64,000 nucleotides of DNA, from NCBI GenBank assembly GCA_900088475.1, contig FLMG01002747.1, positions 1,313-65,312 on the forward strand. Reading direction: 5' to 3'. The notes under the pieces were generated by a model that saw only the letters and a program-made list of their open reading frames with translations, ran no database searches and was not told where the DNA came from. A program made the translations under genes and the position numbers. The DNA is from Hyphochytrium catenoides. Lineage: Eukaryota; Protista; Hyphochytriomycota. This document shows, one piece after another, positions 13,178-25,338 of this stretch (its first letter is position 1; each line of letters opens with the position of its first letter).

Positions 13178-15160
13178 ATAAGGGTAAACAATCTAAAGGA
13201 CTTTGTATAAATACATAAAAGATTCTACTCTTTTATAGGCTTGGTGTTAAAATGGCCTTTTATTCTGTTATAAAACTACTCTTTTGGAGGGAATTGAGGA
13301 AGAGAGTGCGTACTTGTTTACATAGTACACTGTACCTTCATAGTGTAACTATCAGTTATATGACGTCTGAGGTAAGTACTGTCAATCAGTTCCCTAACCA
13401 GTCCCGACCTGACTGCTCCTCAAGTACAAGTACAATTTTGGGAAGTAGTTCCTAGCCTTTACATACAATAGAATGCTCTATATGAAGAAGGGTGAGAGAT
13501 AACTCTGTTACCCAGGAGACCTTGCATTACATCCTACACCCCCTTCTCGGTTTCCAAATAGAGCATTTGGCATAACCTCACATAAACTTTGCAAAATTCC
13601 TTATATACCATGACGTTATCGAGGACATCGACGAAGGACCGAACCGAAAGGGTGACGCACATCAGGAAACTTCTTCTCTTCCTCACCCTGACAAGTACCA
13701 AGTCTCTCTACTTATCAGAAGTAGAAAATTCAACACTTATACTTGGGTTCTGCATGATGAATTGACTCACATCCGCCTCGTCACGTCCCCTTACTTTTAC
13801 AGTATACATATTCTACAGCCACTAGCCGTGGTGGTATCTACAGCCCAGTAGTGCAGGGAAAGGTGCGGGCAGGGAACAGCCAATATTCTCTGTCCTGCAA
13901 TGACGTAAGGCTGGAGATGGTAATCCATAGTTTTCCCTTAGTCTGTGCAATGAGAATGTGGTCCTGGGTCAGCCAGCTTCCAGGAGCCGTTGCTGCAGGG
14001 CTTCTATCTCTCGTGGAGTCAAAAGGGGTCAAAGGGGGTAGTAGTAGTAGTCTGTCTCTTATTTGGCGTGTGAAGTCTTGGGTAGTAGTAGTAGTAGGCT
14101 TTATATCCTCTTGTTTTCTTGGGTTACTGGTTGCTCCACTTGGTAGTTATTCACCTAATTGTACCAGTAAAGGTTCTACCAGTGTATTTGTACCAGTAGG
14201 CAACACACCTGGTTAGGCGTACTAGGACGACGGGTCAATAAGTGTCGCCTTGAGGCCAAAGCTAATAATACGTAACGCTACGGCTAGACATTAGACATAC
14301 AGAGGCCACAAATCATCTCCAGTCTCCTCCTTCAGTAGTCTATAGATAAAAAATGAGGAGAACTACTACTAGTCCTTCAATAGGCCATAGTCGATGTTCT
14401 GACGGAATAAAAGGATGTGACAGTCACAAGACTAAGCACATGTTATCTGTTATGGTTCCCTCGCCCTCCGACGCCGCTGCTTTAGAAGGATTACTGCGTA
14501 CAATAATGAAGAAAGTCTCATCGCTTTCTACGTGTCGTCGTGCTCCCACTTTGCCCCTCATCACCCGGCGTTCAGTCTGCGTCGCTACTCCCCTACATGC
14601 ATAGCTTCGGACTAAGAAAGGTTATCTCACTAGTCAGTCTTCCTCCTGTGTAAATTTTGTACGTCACAGCGCGAAGATGCTTTCCAAACTAGTCGTCCAA
14701 AGTTAAAACCCTTTGATAATCCACAGCGCTTTTTTATGGCTCGTTTACTCTGTTCCCCCTTCTCCTCTCTATCCCGCAGTCTCCTAGAACTATCTCCCGC
14801 CGTCTCCCATCCCTTCTTTTTCGCGCTCTCTCTGTCGCCATCTCTCTCTCACCTTCTCTCTTTANNNNNNNNNNNNNNNNNNNNNNNNNNNNNNNNNNNN
14901 NNNNNNNNNNNNNNNNNNNNNNNNNNNNNNNNNNNNNNNNNNNNNNNNNNNNNNNNNNNNNNNNNTTCCTCCCGCTCTCGTTCACTCCTGTTCTCTGTGT
15001 TCCCCCCTCAAATCAATTCCTCTATCCCCATTGCCTCTCGAACTCTCTACATCTTATTCTCACTCTCTACTTCGCTAGACAACCGCAGAGCCTGTAAAAA
15101 AAGTTCATATTTAAAATTGTAGGTGTTCATGTAGAACTGAACTCCTTTAACCTCTAAGAA
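13178..15160. mobile_element. Possible decayed transposon region (AT/TpA-rich, weak inverted similarity at the ends, contains gap 14865-14965)
   Basis: Left end ...taaaggacttt...actcttttataggct versus right end agcctgtaaaaaaagt...actccttta. No intact ORF, and composition differs from the flanks. Confidence 0.2.
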
Positions 15161-16490
15161 AGTCTTTCCTCTTTCTTAATCCTGGTAGGTAGCTAGAAGT
15201 GGGATTATATATCTAGAGATGAACGAGGAAGATCCGGGCGAAGAAGGCAGAAGGGAGAGAGGATGGTGTGAAGAGAGAGTTGAGAGAGATATTCCAAGCA
15301 AAAAAAGGGAGAGGCTCAGGCTTGGGTCAGTAAATTATCGCCAATATGAAAGGAGCAGACAGAGGAGAAAGAGAGGGACCTACATTCCTGCCCTGCTCCT
15401 TTTTTTGATAAAGATAAAGCTTCGGTGCTCCAGAAGCCCGAGAGAACGCGGGGTGAGTGAAAAGAAAGGAGGAGTCAAGGGAATAATAACGGACGAAGGT
15501 CAGTGGAAGAAAAAAGAAGGTGACAGGTTTATGACAAGTTGAGTTTGAGTCATAAATAAGAAGAGGATAATAGGGCTACTAGGGCTAGGGCCGAGAAAAA
15601 GAAGGAGATGCCACCAAGGGAGAAAGGAGAAAAGAACAGACACTAAGATAGATCTCCTGCATCTTATTCGCGGTCTCCAACGCTGCAATGCACTGTCTAA
15701 GCAGGATCCATGGTTAAAGGTAAGAGAGACTTCTAAATAAAGACAGCGAGAGAACAAAGAGAATAGCTTGAAACGGGAGAACAAAGAGAATAGCTTGAAA
15801 CGGGGACCGGAGAGTGAAAGAAGGACATTTCGATCGAGGCATCCGAAGGATCGTAGAGAGGAACGCCAGAGAAACGATAGGAAGTGTAGTGTGAGGCAGG
15901 ATGCACTTTAACGAAAAAAAGCTCATCGTACGGGCACAAGAATAAGCTACAACAGCTCCGACGCTCAAAAAGATTGCAAGTGGTTTCTTGTTCATGCTTG
16001 CCCGGCAGCGCAGTCCCTAGATGGTGCAGCTGGCGGTAGATCTTACTCCCGCGGCGCATGGATGTCCCACCAAGTGACACACCTCTCCTCCCCTAGAACT
16101 CGTCGCAGCAGATAATTTGAGTGAGATGATGCAGAAGGAGAAGAACGTGTGTTGTCCACTCTAACAGCGACCTTGTTGTTTTCCATGTCTCTCGTCGGTG
16201 AAACCAAACAGATCTATAAGAATCACAACTTGCGCGGAGATGTCGAGCTAAGGGGAGACACTATAGGCGGTGATGTGCCTGGTCTTGCAGGGCTAGGTGA
16301 GAGGAAGGCAGTCGCCGTTCTTCTTTCAGCTATTCCTAGAAGGGGAATGTCAATGAAGTGCTGAGCCCAATAGATGATCTTATAACTGATCAAGCTCATT
16401 CCCAAAAGTTCCACTCCCTACCAAGCACTCCTCCCCGGATCCGTCCGCTTCCAGCTTACTACGTCAACAAAGAGCATCACGACCTCCAAG

Positions 16491-17731
16491 ATGAAGATTG
16501 CTCTTTTGTACTTCACAGCAGGCGCACTGCTGGCGCAATCTACTCTGGCAGCCCAAGGGGGTCTCCGTGAGCCTGTTGACAACTTTGATGACGACGCTCC
16601 TGGCATTGTTGGAGGCAGTGAAGCCCCTAGGAATAGATATTCTAACTGGACCGTGGGCCTTCTCTCTCCTGACTTCAAGGATGGACAACAGCCTTTTTGC
16701 GGTGGCTCCTACATTGGCAAGAACATTGTGCTAACAGCTGCGCGTATGTTGAAAGCTTCATTATCTCTATTCCTATCGCCTTGGGCCCCCTAACAACTCT
16801 TCGTTTTTGTTCTCCATGTCCGTGACTTGGTATTCTCAGACTGCGTTGAAAGTGGCAGCGGCCTGACCAACATCAGGGTAGAAGGCGGGCGATTCGACTG
16901 GACCAGCACTACTGAGAAGGGTGTCAAAATGACTGTCAACAGGATCATCATCAACCCGAGCTACAGCAAGAAAGCCCCTCAAGATAGTGATATCGCTATT
17001 CTTAGGGTTTCTGGAGGAGACGACCTGAGCTTCTACCCCGAGTTGGACGACGGCAGCTTCTCAGCCGAGACAAAGCGCAGAACCTTTAAGATCATTGGGT
17101 ACGTAACTAACCGAGAGTTGAACTGATGGGGAGAGAGAATCTGTCCATGAGACGTAGTGAGTCCAGGCAGACCTATAGAAGAGAGGACAAGTGAGAGTCC
17201 TCGCATTGACTGTGCGTATTCCTGGTCTTCAGGTGGGGTCAGACTTCCGAGACCAGTGACGTTGTTCCAAGACTCCGTCAAGCGATAGTGGACCTCACTC
17301 CTGAGGCTGAGTGCAAACGGCTCTACAACGATGAGGAAGGCCGCAGAATCACTTCAACCATGATCTGTGCGAAGAGACCAAACATTGACACCTGCCAAGG
17401 GGACTCAGGTAAATGAGACTATGCACGAACAATGGACAGCAAATAGAGAACTCCGAAGAGAAAATGGGTAAAAGCGGATACAAGAAATAGAGAATTGAGC
17501 TCTCTTTGGAATGCGTCTGCAAGAAAAGCTAACCTCACTTGGTTTAACGCAGGCGGACCAATGTTCGTTGACAACGCTGTGCCCGTACTGGTGGGACTCA
17601 CTTCCTGGGGTGATGGTTGCGCCCGAGCCCCTCCAGGAGTCTACAGCCGCATCTCCGCCCTGCGCACGTTCGTGGACAGGACGTTGGGCTGTTCATCCGG
17701 CACTACTTTCACCGGAGGCAAGTGCCAGTAA
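16491..17731 (+). CDS. Secreted trypsin-like serine protease (S1A), paralogue T1; exons 16491-16743, 16840-17098, 17233-17408, 17553-17731
   Basis: Signal peptide MKIALLYFTAGALLA, IVGG, CGGS, TAAHC (His codon split C|AC by intron), DIAIL, GWG, DTCQGDSGGP, SWGDGC, PGVY. Confidence 0.95.
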
Positions 17732-18549
17732 ATCAGGGAAGGGATGTCTAAAGACAGGCGGAGGCCAGCAGCGGGAGAAGAAGCAGGAGGATAATGTGGG
17801 CTGTGGAACAGAAGGGAAAGACACGAGAATTTTTTGTTGACGTCTCTTGGAAAGAGTGAACGCCAATGGGGAAGTAGGGCCCATAGTTTTCTTATTGATG
17901 GCTGGGAAGGCTGTCCCAGTCTTCCTATTTTATAAAAAAGCAAAAGTAAGGCTGTATTATTTGTCAACCCCATCACTATTTGCTGCGCTCTCTCTTCTGC
18001 GCTTTCTACATAGTCCTTGCTTACTTATAAGTCGAACCTGGCAAGACTTGTCCCCTTTCTTGGTCAACTTTCATTCCTTGGAGGCGTTACTTGTCGGTCG
18101 CTTGAATCAGGGAAACTACTAGCTCCAGTACGAGTCTACCTTCTCAAACTATTCATACTATCTTCTGATAGCAATGTCAAAAGCCAACAACTATCCAGCA
18201 TAACATCCTGTGAGCTACGCAGCATAAGTAGCGCTGCGCTATTCACTTTCCTACGTCACATAACCACGTGCTATAACTCTACTGGGCGCAGGCGCCGTCG
18301 TTCCCATCAGGTCCATGCACTGGTTTTCATCATCTCCAGGCTACCAGGCTAGGCCATTAAAGCTACGAGTACATAACTACCTAGAAGACAGTTCATTAGT
18401 AAAAAGGCCAATCTATCCGATTATTCTGTTCGCAGGCTCCTTGTTGATTGATTGCATATCTTGTTGATTGATTCCGTACAGCAGTCTGTCGCATGACGTC
18501 ATCATAGGAGAGTCTCACGCTGAACATGCCCAATCGTCAGACTGAAGGA

Positions 18550-18568
18550 GGTTAGGGTTAGGGTTTAG
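18550..18568 (+). repeat. Short interstitial telomere-like repeat
   Basis: GGTTAGGGTTAGGGTTTAG. Confidence 0.45.
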
Positions 18569-19030
18569 CAATCAGCTGGTGCTATTCGGAGAATCTCTGC
18601 CATCTATGAAAGGAAACAGAAAGTAGGATAGTTCTACCACGAATGCGCAACNNNNNNTTTACTGACCTGGCCTCCCATATTTCCCCATATCTTCGCAGCC
18701 TGACCAGATATTTTCGTATTTGACACATGGCTATATTCGTCATATGATAGGGAATTAGGCGGTGTATACGGCATAAAAGTGTTCCGGATATTTCAGTTTG
18801 AAAATCTGCCCCCAGTCTTGTTGTAGTTGACTCAGATAACTGTTGTTAAAAGAGTACGGCTAGTCGAGAAAGACTGGTCCTGGGAGAGCCAGAGCCAGTA
18901 AATCAAGGCGAAGAAGGAAAGCGGAAAGTAAAGAAGGTCAAAGATAAGGAAAGAGCGAGTCCACTTGCTGCATGAAGTAGAACTACGGGAGGAAGAACAA
19001 GTGTGTGTGTCTAACTTCATCGACCAAAGC

Positions 19031-19071
19031 AGGTAAAACGGTAGTGGTCCAAACCTTCTACCGTTTTACCT
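19031..19071. other. Perfect 14-bp inverted repeat (hairpin) with 13-nt loop
   Basis: AGGTAAAACGGTAG-tggtccaaacctt-CTACCGTTTTACCT. Confidence 0.85.
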
Positions 19072-19765
19072 CAGCGCCCGGCAAAATTTAGTAATAGTGT
19101 TATTGCACGTAGGACCTAGCTTGATATAGCCTAACAAGTTGATACATAGTAATGCTGGAGGCTGTGGCCATATTTTGGTCGTGATGACGGCCTTCTCCGT
19201 CAGAACCTTGCTCCCGCTCTTTCCTATTTTCCGCTTCACACCTTCGGCAAGGCCACGCAGATTCGTTACCGGTGCCAGACGTTCGTTCTCTCCTTATTAC
19301 TTCTCTTGACTTTTTTCGGAGAGATGAAGCCCTCTCGTGCCTCCTTCTTCGCTCGATTTCGTACTATTTGGCGTATCTCTTCCTCCCGGATATGCTCTCT
19401 TTCTCTCTCTGTCGGGTTCCGCCTTTCCTAGAATCCGCGGTTCGAGTTGTTTGCCAGACAATGATCCTTCCCTAGAAGAAGAAGGAAGCTGAACCAAGCC
19501 TCATCCCTGAATGTTACTGTCTTCGCTTCTCTTCTATGACCTCGGTTGGACTCACTGCCTCCTCTCCGGTGCGGTCACTGTCTCCTCTCCGTTGAAGCAG
19601 ATCTCCGAGCGGTCAGTGACGAGTTCCGGTACTCACCACTCACTTCCAAATATCCTCACTCCAGAGCAAGCACAGCATCTTCCAAATCACCAGCAGACGA
19701 AACAAACGCCAACCACAGACGAAAGTCTACAGCCCTTGGCAGGTCATCACTTTTTATCATCACAA

Positions 19766-20554
19766 ATGAAGCTTTTCCTTCAGTCTTCGGTGGCAGCGCT
19801 GCTCCTGCTTGCAACCTCATCTCTCTCAGTGGACGGCGCTCAAGCGGCTCCGTCAACTCTAAGGGGCACCTTCGGTGGTGAGTCTCCATCCTGCTCTTTG
19901 GAGTGTAGAATTGAGGCTTCCAAGTCGAGGCTCAATGACGGTGACGACTGGAAGAACGATGCAACGTTTCAGACGATAGTCTCAGCTGCGGAAGAGTCAT
20001 GGGAGTATTGTGCAATCAATATCTGCGGATCTGGCATCAATACTGAGAAGTACTGCCTAATGCATGTATGCGATACCCTACAGCGGACTGTCGATAACCC
20101 TAGGGCTAGGGACTGGAGTCTTCTGAACTCCATCTGGAAAGTCCGCAACTATCACGTCTGCCAGAAGGAAAAGTGTGGTCTCTCCGATACGGAATCTTCA
20201 GCTTCTAAGGTCTGCAAGAGCGAGGCAAGGAAGGCAGAGCCACCAAAAAATTATCCTTTCAACGTCTGCTTCTCCAACTTTGTGAGCAAGATGGCCATCG
20301 AGACAGAGCTTTGTGTACATAAAGTATGCCAGAGCGGAGTGATTGGAGAGAGGGAGAACTGCAAAGCTAGTCTCTGCGAGAAGATCGCTATGGACCCTCA
20401 AGCCAAGTTTGGCAAGCTTGCTTATGCTTCTTCCATGGACATGGATACCCTTAGAGCCATGTGGAAGGCGTTCACCTATGAGACTACCTGCCTTAAATCT
20501 TTTCCTTGTGATGGCCGCGAGCCAGCGACTGCCGTGAAGGGCATAAGCGCTTAA
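19766..20554 (+). CDS. Uncharacterised secreted Cys-rich protein (262 aa, 16 Cys, two internal repeats), intronless
   Basis: ATG 19766, signal peptide MKLFLQSSVAALLLLATSSLSVDG, and two ~100-aa units each with three Cx4-5C pairs. Confidence 0.85.
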   Translation: MKLFLQSSVAALLLLATSSLSVDGAQAAPSTLRGTFGGESPSCSLECRIEASKSRLNDGDDWKNDATFQTIVSAAEESWEYCAINICGSGINTEKYCLMHVCDTLQRTVDNPRARDWSLLNSIWKVRNYHVCQKEKCGLSDTESSASKVCKSEARKAEPPKNYPFNVCFSNFVSKMAIETELCVHKVCQSGVIGERENCKASLCEKIAMDPQAKFGKLAYASSMDMDTLRAMWKAFTYETTCLKSFPCDGREPATAVKGISA

Positions 20555-20958
20555 GCCCATGCTTTGACCCTCTTTAACCTCTTTTACGCTCCTATATCTT
20601 GCTAAGCTAGCTATCGCACTATAATACCAGGTCTTTATCCAATTGACCCAATATTGCCCATCTTCCGTGCCATCGTTCGAGCCAGAATCGGAGAGAGAGA
20701 CTTATACTGAAGAGAAAGTAGAAGGGAGAAATACATATGTCAGCTCTTAAGCTGTTATTCCTCTCAAGATCTCCGCCGCTATAATCCAATGGCTGCTCAA
20801 GCGCTCACTCCGGCACAGACTAGCCTTCATCCAGTCCTCGAAGTTCATAGAGGGGCAACCCTTCACAGAGTTATTCTTTTGATAAAGCTCACAGACAGAT
20901 CAATGCTCTTCAGACTGGAAACTGGACTTTTGGAGAGCAGTAGTATAAAGGAAGTCCT

Positions 20959-21905
20959 TTAGACCTTTTTAGTTTGACAATGGCCGCCAGTAAACGTGGT
21001 GCCCGGAGCACAGCCCACAGTCTTATCAATGAAAGAACGAAGGACAGACACTCTAGCATATACGCCGGGTTGAAGAGATGCACAGCCTTTTCCCCAAGAC
21101 GTCAGCCCGACAATTACTGGCACTTGACTGTCGACAAACATTGGACCGCCTTCAAACGAACAAGAGAAGAAGTGACGGTCAGACTTAGTGCGGGAATCTG
21201 CTCTCTTCCCTTCCTTCCCCTCCTTCATACTTTGGTTGTCCTTTCTGGATCTTTTACAACTCTCTCTTTTCTCTCTCTCTTTCTCTCTCTCTCTCTCCCC
21301 CCTCCTTTTCCCCATTGTCACTCGTTGTATAAGTCTTTCGGCCGCCATTTGGTCAGATGTTCTGTCTGTTGCATCTGGCTCCCACTGCCCTTTCACTCTA
21401 TTTTTTCCGTGCCTCGTTATGGTCATCTAACCTTCGGAATAAGCTCTTCCATTGTTCTCTATCTCTTGTCATGTCGTTCTCTCCCCCTCATCGGATAAGC
21501 AGCATACCTGAGTCACCTTGGCAGGTATCCACCCCAGGCCTGCTTGCACATATCATCGTGCTCGTGATGCTCTTTTCGCCAAAGTTTGGGTCCTTAGCAA
21601 ACGACCTTTTGCACTCTGCTTCAGTCACCAGCTCTACCTCTGCCTGCTGAAGCTTGGAGCTGTAGGCAATAACGCTACTGGCGCTGCGTTCACTTTTATC
21701 TTTACTTCCCCAGCTGTAGAAGAGGGAAACTTGGTCATTATCATTGGCTGATATGCCATCGTGAGGGACATGATAAGGGCAAACGAACCGACGAGGTAGA
21801 GACAGGGTCAACAGCGTAGAAGGGAGAAAGGACAAGGAAAAGGAGAAGGAACTAGGGTAAGACGAAGGGAACAAGAGGAAGAATGACAGATAAATAGAGA
21901 CAAAC

Positions 21906-21936
<31 letters not shown>

Positions 21937-22617
21937 TGAGAGAGAGAGAGAGAGAGGATGGAATGGGAGAGTTAACTGAGAGAAAGGCCTAGCCTGTAAA
22001 GCTGCTGTGAGCATTGTCTCACGGTCCTTACCCTAAAATCTTGAAGAGCCTGGGCTTGGCCTCAGAAGAAGCACTGCCGTCGTCAAGCTCAGGGTAGGAA
22101 GGTAAGTCTTTGCCCCCGTCGACCTCCAGCAGCGCAATGTCGTTGCCAGTGATGACGTTATTATATTTAGGATGAACGCTTACTCTCCTCACGGTGAGTT
22201 TGACAACTTTCTCATTCTGGTCTGCCCAGTTGTGTCTCCCAGCTTCCCATCTCATTGTGCCTAACTGCCGACCAGCGACACAGTCTGCGCGTAGAAAGAG
22301 AAGCAACGTGCATAAGCAACGGTGTGAAGTCAGCAAAAGGACGCAGCTTTTATTCACTTACGAGCTGCTGTCATGATGAGATTCTTCCCAATGTATGTGC
22401 CGCCGCACAGTGCTCGCTCATGAGTTCCATTGTTCAGAACCATGCCAACCATCCAGTCCGAGTACTGGAAGGGAGGAGCCTCCTGTCCGCTAACAATCGA
22501 AAGATCGCCATCATCTTGAAGCTCCTCTATTGATCGGAACGAGGTAGCGGTGGCTGCTGAGCCGAGCGAGGAGGAGGCAATAAGAAGAGAGAGGAGAAAG
22601 GAGACTTTCGAGGCCAT
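20959..22617 (-). CDS. Secreted trypsin-like serine protease, paralogue T2 (4 exons)
   Basis: MASKVSFLLSLLIA signal, IVSG, CGGT, TAA|HC, NDIALL, G|WG, DTCQGDSG|GPMF, SWGKGC, PGVY. Confidence 0.95.
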
Positions 22618-22912
22618 TCTATTTAATAGCAAACATGGAAAGAGGGCACCAGCACAGGAGACGAAGCAAGGAGAGAGCGGCGGATGGCAGAAATTGCTGG
22701 CCCGACTTCCGTCAGTACTTATTTAGCATTATATATTAGAAGACTGTGGACTTGTGAAGGGTGCTTGTTGTCCTCGCTTTCGACAAATGAACACAGTCGC
22801 GAAGCTCCGCCACAGGCAGATCGGTGAGAGGGGAGAGATACGAGAGGAAGAGGAGCGATTAGATAGGCGGAATCCAGAGAGAGAGAGGCAACGAGACAAA
22901 AGGGAGAGAGAG

Positions 22913-22969
<57 letters not shown>

Positions 22970-23389
22970 GGGAGAGAGAGAGAGAGAAAGAGACGCCAGA
23001 TGCATTGCGAATAATCTGATGGTTACTTCTCGAGCTCCCTTCATTTTGTCTCCCCTGCACTAGGAAGTACTTTGAAGCTGCACGAGCATAGGAAAAGAGT
23101 CCGGGGGCCTGCAAGAAGTCCAAGCTCTTCGTTCGTTCTCAATGGATCAGTAGTAGTTCAGCGTTGTTGAGCCTTTGTACTCCGCGACGGCATGAAAGTT
23201 GACAGGTTATGGACAAGGGTTTAGACAAGCGGTCAGCCTAAGAGTTAAACCTCCGACCGGATGCGTGACTGACCAGTAGAACGACGCTAGCAGGGTCTTA
23301 GGAGTTAGGAACCGTCAGTGCCACAGGATCTATGTATTATAAGAGGCTAGCAAGTCGACATCGAGGAATAAAGCTGTTATGATTTGGCC

Positions 23390-23700
23390 ATTTATTCTCT
23401 GCTGCCAGCTTCCTCCAGAGCTTCCTCGTACATAGAACTACGCTTTCCTCGAACTCCAGAGCTGGCTACGGCGTTGCGGCTTGGAAATACCTGCTGGAAC
23501 CTTTCTCTCGTGGGGCCCATAATAGGATATCAACTGCGGAGAACGTTGGCCCCGAGCAGCATACTTTCCAGTTCCATCTTGGCACCTCCGGACTGCAGAG
23601 GGGGCTGACATGGAATACACTATGCTGCTCTTCATAGAACTACTGCTCAGTAGAGATCTTGGAAGCTTCATGTTAACTGACCATCGTGGTCCCTTTTGCC
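23390..23700 (-). mobile_element. Possible decayed Gypsy/chromovirus integrase tail plus chromodomain remnant
   Basis: Across shifted frames: MKLPRSL, HSVFHVSPL (cf. HPVFHVSLL), ELESMLL, LISYYGPHE. Broken by stops and frameshifts. Confidence 0.3.
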
Positions 23701-23968
23701 GATCAAAGCTGCTGTCGTTGAAGAGACACGTGCGTGAATGATAACAACTCTGCCAATACCCGCCAGTTGGTGCGACAGAATGACGTATAGCACTAGGAAC
23801 TAGCTTCTCCGAGCATGGCGCCTGAAGATGCTGTGCCAGGTCCAAGGCGCTTATGCAGCAAAACTATTGGGAAGCCGTCTAGGCAGNNNNNNNNNNNNNN
23901 NNNNNNNNNNNNNNNNNNNNNNNNNNNNNNNNNNNNNNNNNNNNNNNNNNNNNNNNNNNNNNNNNNNA

Positions 23969-25338
23969 CTACTGGCACTTGCCATTGTTGAAGGTGGTAC
24001 CGGGGCCACATCCCACGGAGGCATCAATGAAAGAGCGCAGAGCGGAGACGCGAGTATAGACTCCTGGCTGTTCTCTCGCACACCCGATGCCAAAAGAAGT
24101 CAAGCCCACAATGACAGGAATAGAGCTATCTACGAATAGTGGTCCACCTACGTTAAGACGTGGTCAGACAATGTCACTTTCAAGCTTCTTTGCCCGATCT
24201 TACTCTTACCTGAGTCGCCCTGGCATGTGTCAATACCGCGCCTGTTGGCGCAGATCATCATCGGAAGAATCTCATCCTCGAACCTCGTGCCTTCATAGAG
24301 CTCAAGGCACTTCTTTTGAGGTACCAGATCGACCTCCGCTTGCTGCAGCTTTGGTGTGATAGCAACGGGGAGGGCGTCGCGTCTTCTGGTTGATCCCCAT
24401 CTATAAGTAGATAAGATGGCGAAAGGAAGGAAAGAGAAAAGCGAGGATAAGCTCGTATCGGTGGGAGATCTCGGCATCAAGAGAGACTACTGGCGGTGTG
24501 ACCACAAGGATAAGGAATGAGAAACATGGTCAGCTATAAAAAGCAGACTTGTGAACGAAAACAGAGGAAGACAGATCAGACCGGAAGAAAGAGAATTGAA
24601 AGGCAGTTCCTCACCCTACGATCTTGAAGATCCGTGGCTGGGCCTCGCTAGAGGAGTTTCCATCATCGAGAAGAGGATACCAAGGAAGATCCAGGCCGCC
24701 TTTTACCTTGACAATCGCGATGTCATTCTGGAAGTTATAGTTATTGAACTTAGGATGCACTATGATTTGCTCTGCTGACATCTTCACTCCTTTTTCAGTT
24801 GGCTCTTCCCAGTTATGTCGTCGAGCTTCAAATCTGAGCGTGTCCGGAGAGCGCCTATTGACGCAGTCTACAAAGCCACGCAAGATGAGTACCAGCCAGA
24901 AGGCTTCTAGCAGGGTTCGAGACGGAAGGCCAGCCTAGCTTGCCATAGAACTTTCAAAGCGTAAAGGAACAAGGTTAGCAGCAAGGACTCCAAACCCTGA
25001 GGAGCGCGAAGTAACAAGAAACAAAGGAAAGGGACAAAGGCCTTGATCCACGGCCAATGTCAAAGGAAAGGGACAAAGGCCTTGATCCACTTACGTGCAG
25101 CGATAAGGATAGTATCTTTGCCAATGTATGAGCCTCCACACCAAACCAAATCAGTCGTCCCATTGTTACGCAGCATTGCCACCATCCAATCGGTGTACTT
25201 GAATGGAGGAGCCTCTTCTCCGCCCACCACGGCCGGATCCACATCAGAGTCAAAGGCCAGCCCTGCTGCCCATTGAGGGAGCAGAACCCCGATGAGGAGC
25301 AGGAGATGGACAGCGAGCTGGCAATTCTTATAGATCAT
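23969..25338 (-). CDS. Secreted trypsin-like serine protease, paralogue T3 (4 exons)
   Basis: Signal peptide, VVGG, CGGS, IAA|HC, NDIAIV, G|WG, DTCQGDSG|GPLF, SFGIGC, PGVY. Stop TAG at 23969-23971 abuts the N gap. Confidence 0.93.
25022..25090. repeat. 30-bp direct duplication inside T3 intron 1
   Basis: caaaggaaagggacaaaggccttgatccac at 25022-25051 and 25061-25090. Confidence 0.9.

Noticed and set aside
15750-15803. 27-bp tandem duplication (similar short ones near 18440-18475 and 37360-37410)
   Set aside because: Ordinary local slippage with no further structure.
16735-16750. Apparent catalytic His->Arg substitution (TAAR/IAAR) in all four proteases
   Set aside because: Artefact of reading into the intron; splicing restores CAC (His).
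19511-19765. 85-aa N-terminal extension of the Cys protein
   Set aside because: The signal peptide begins at ATG 19766; the upstream part looks like UTR.
23793-24139. ORFs spanning N runs (also 14734-15122, 40692-40898)
   Set aside because: They are open only because N codons hide stops.
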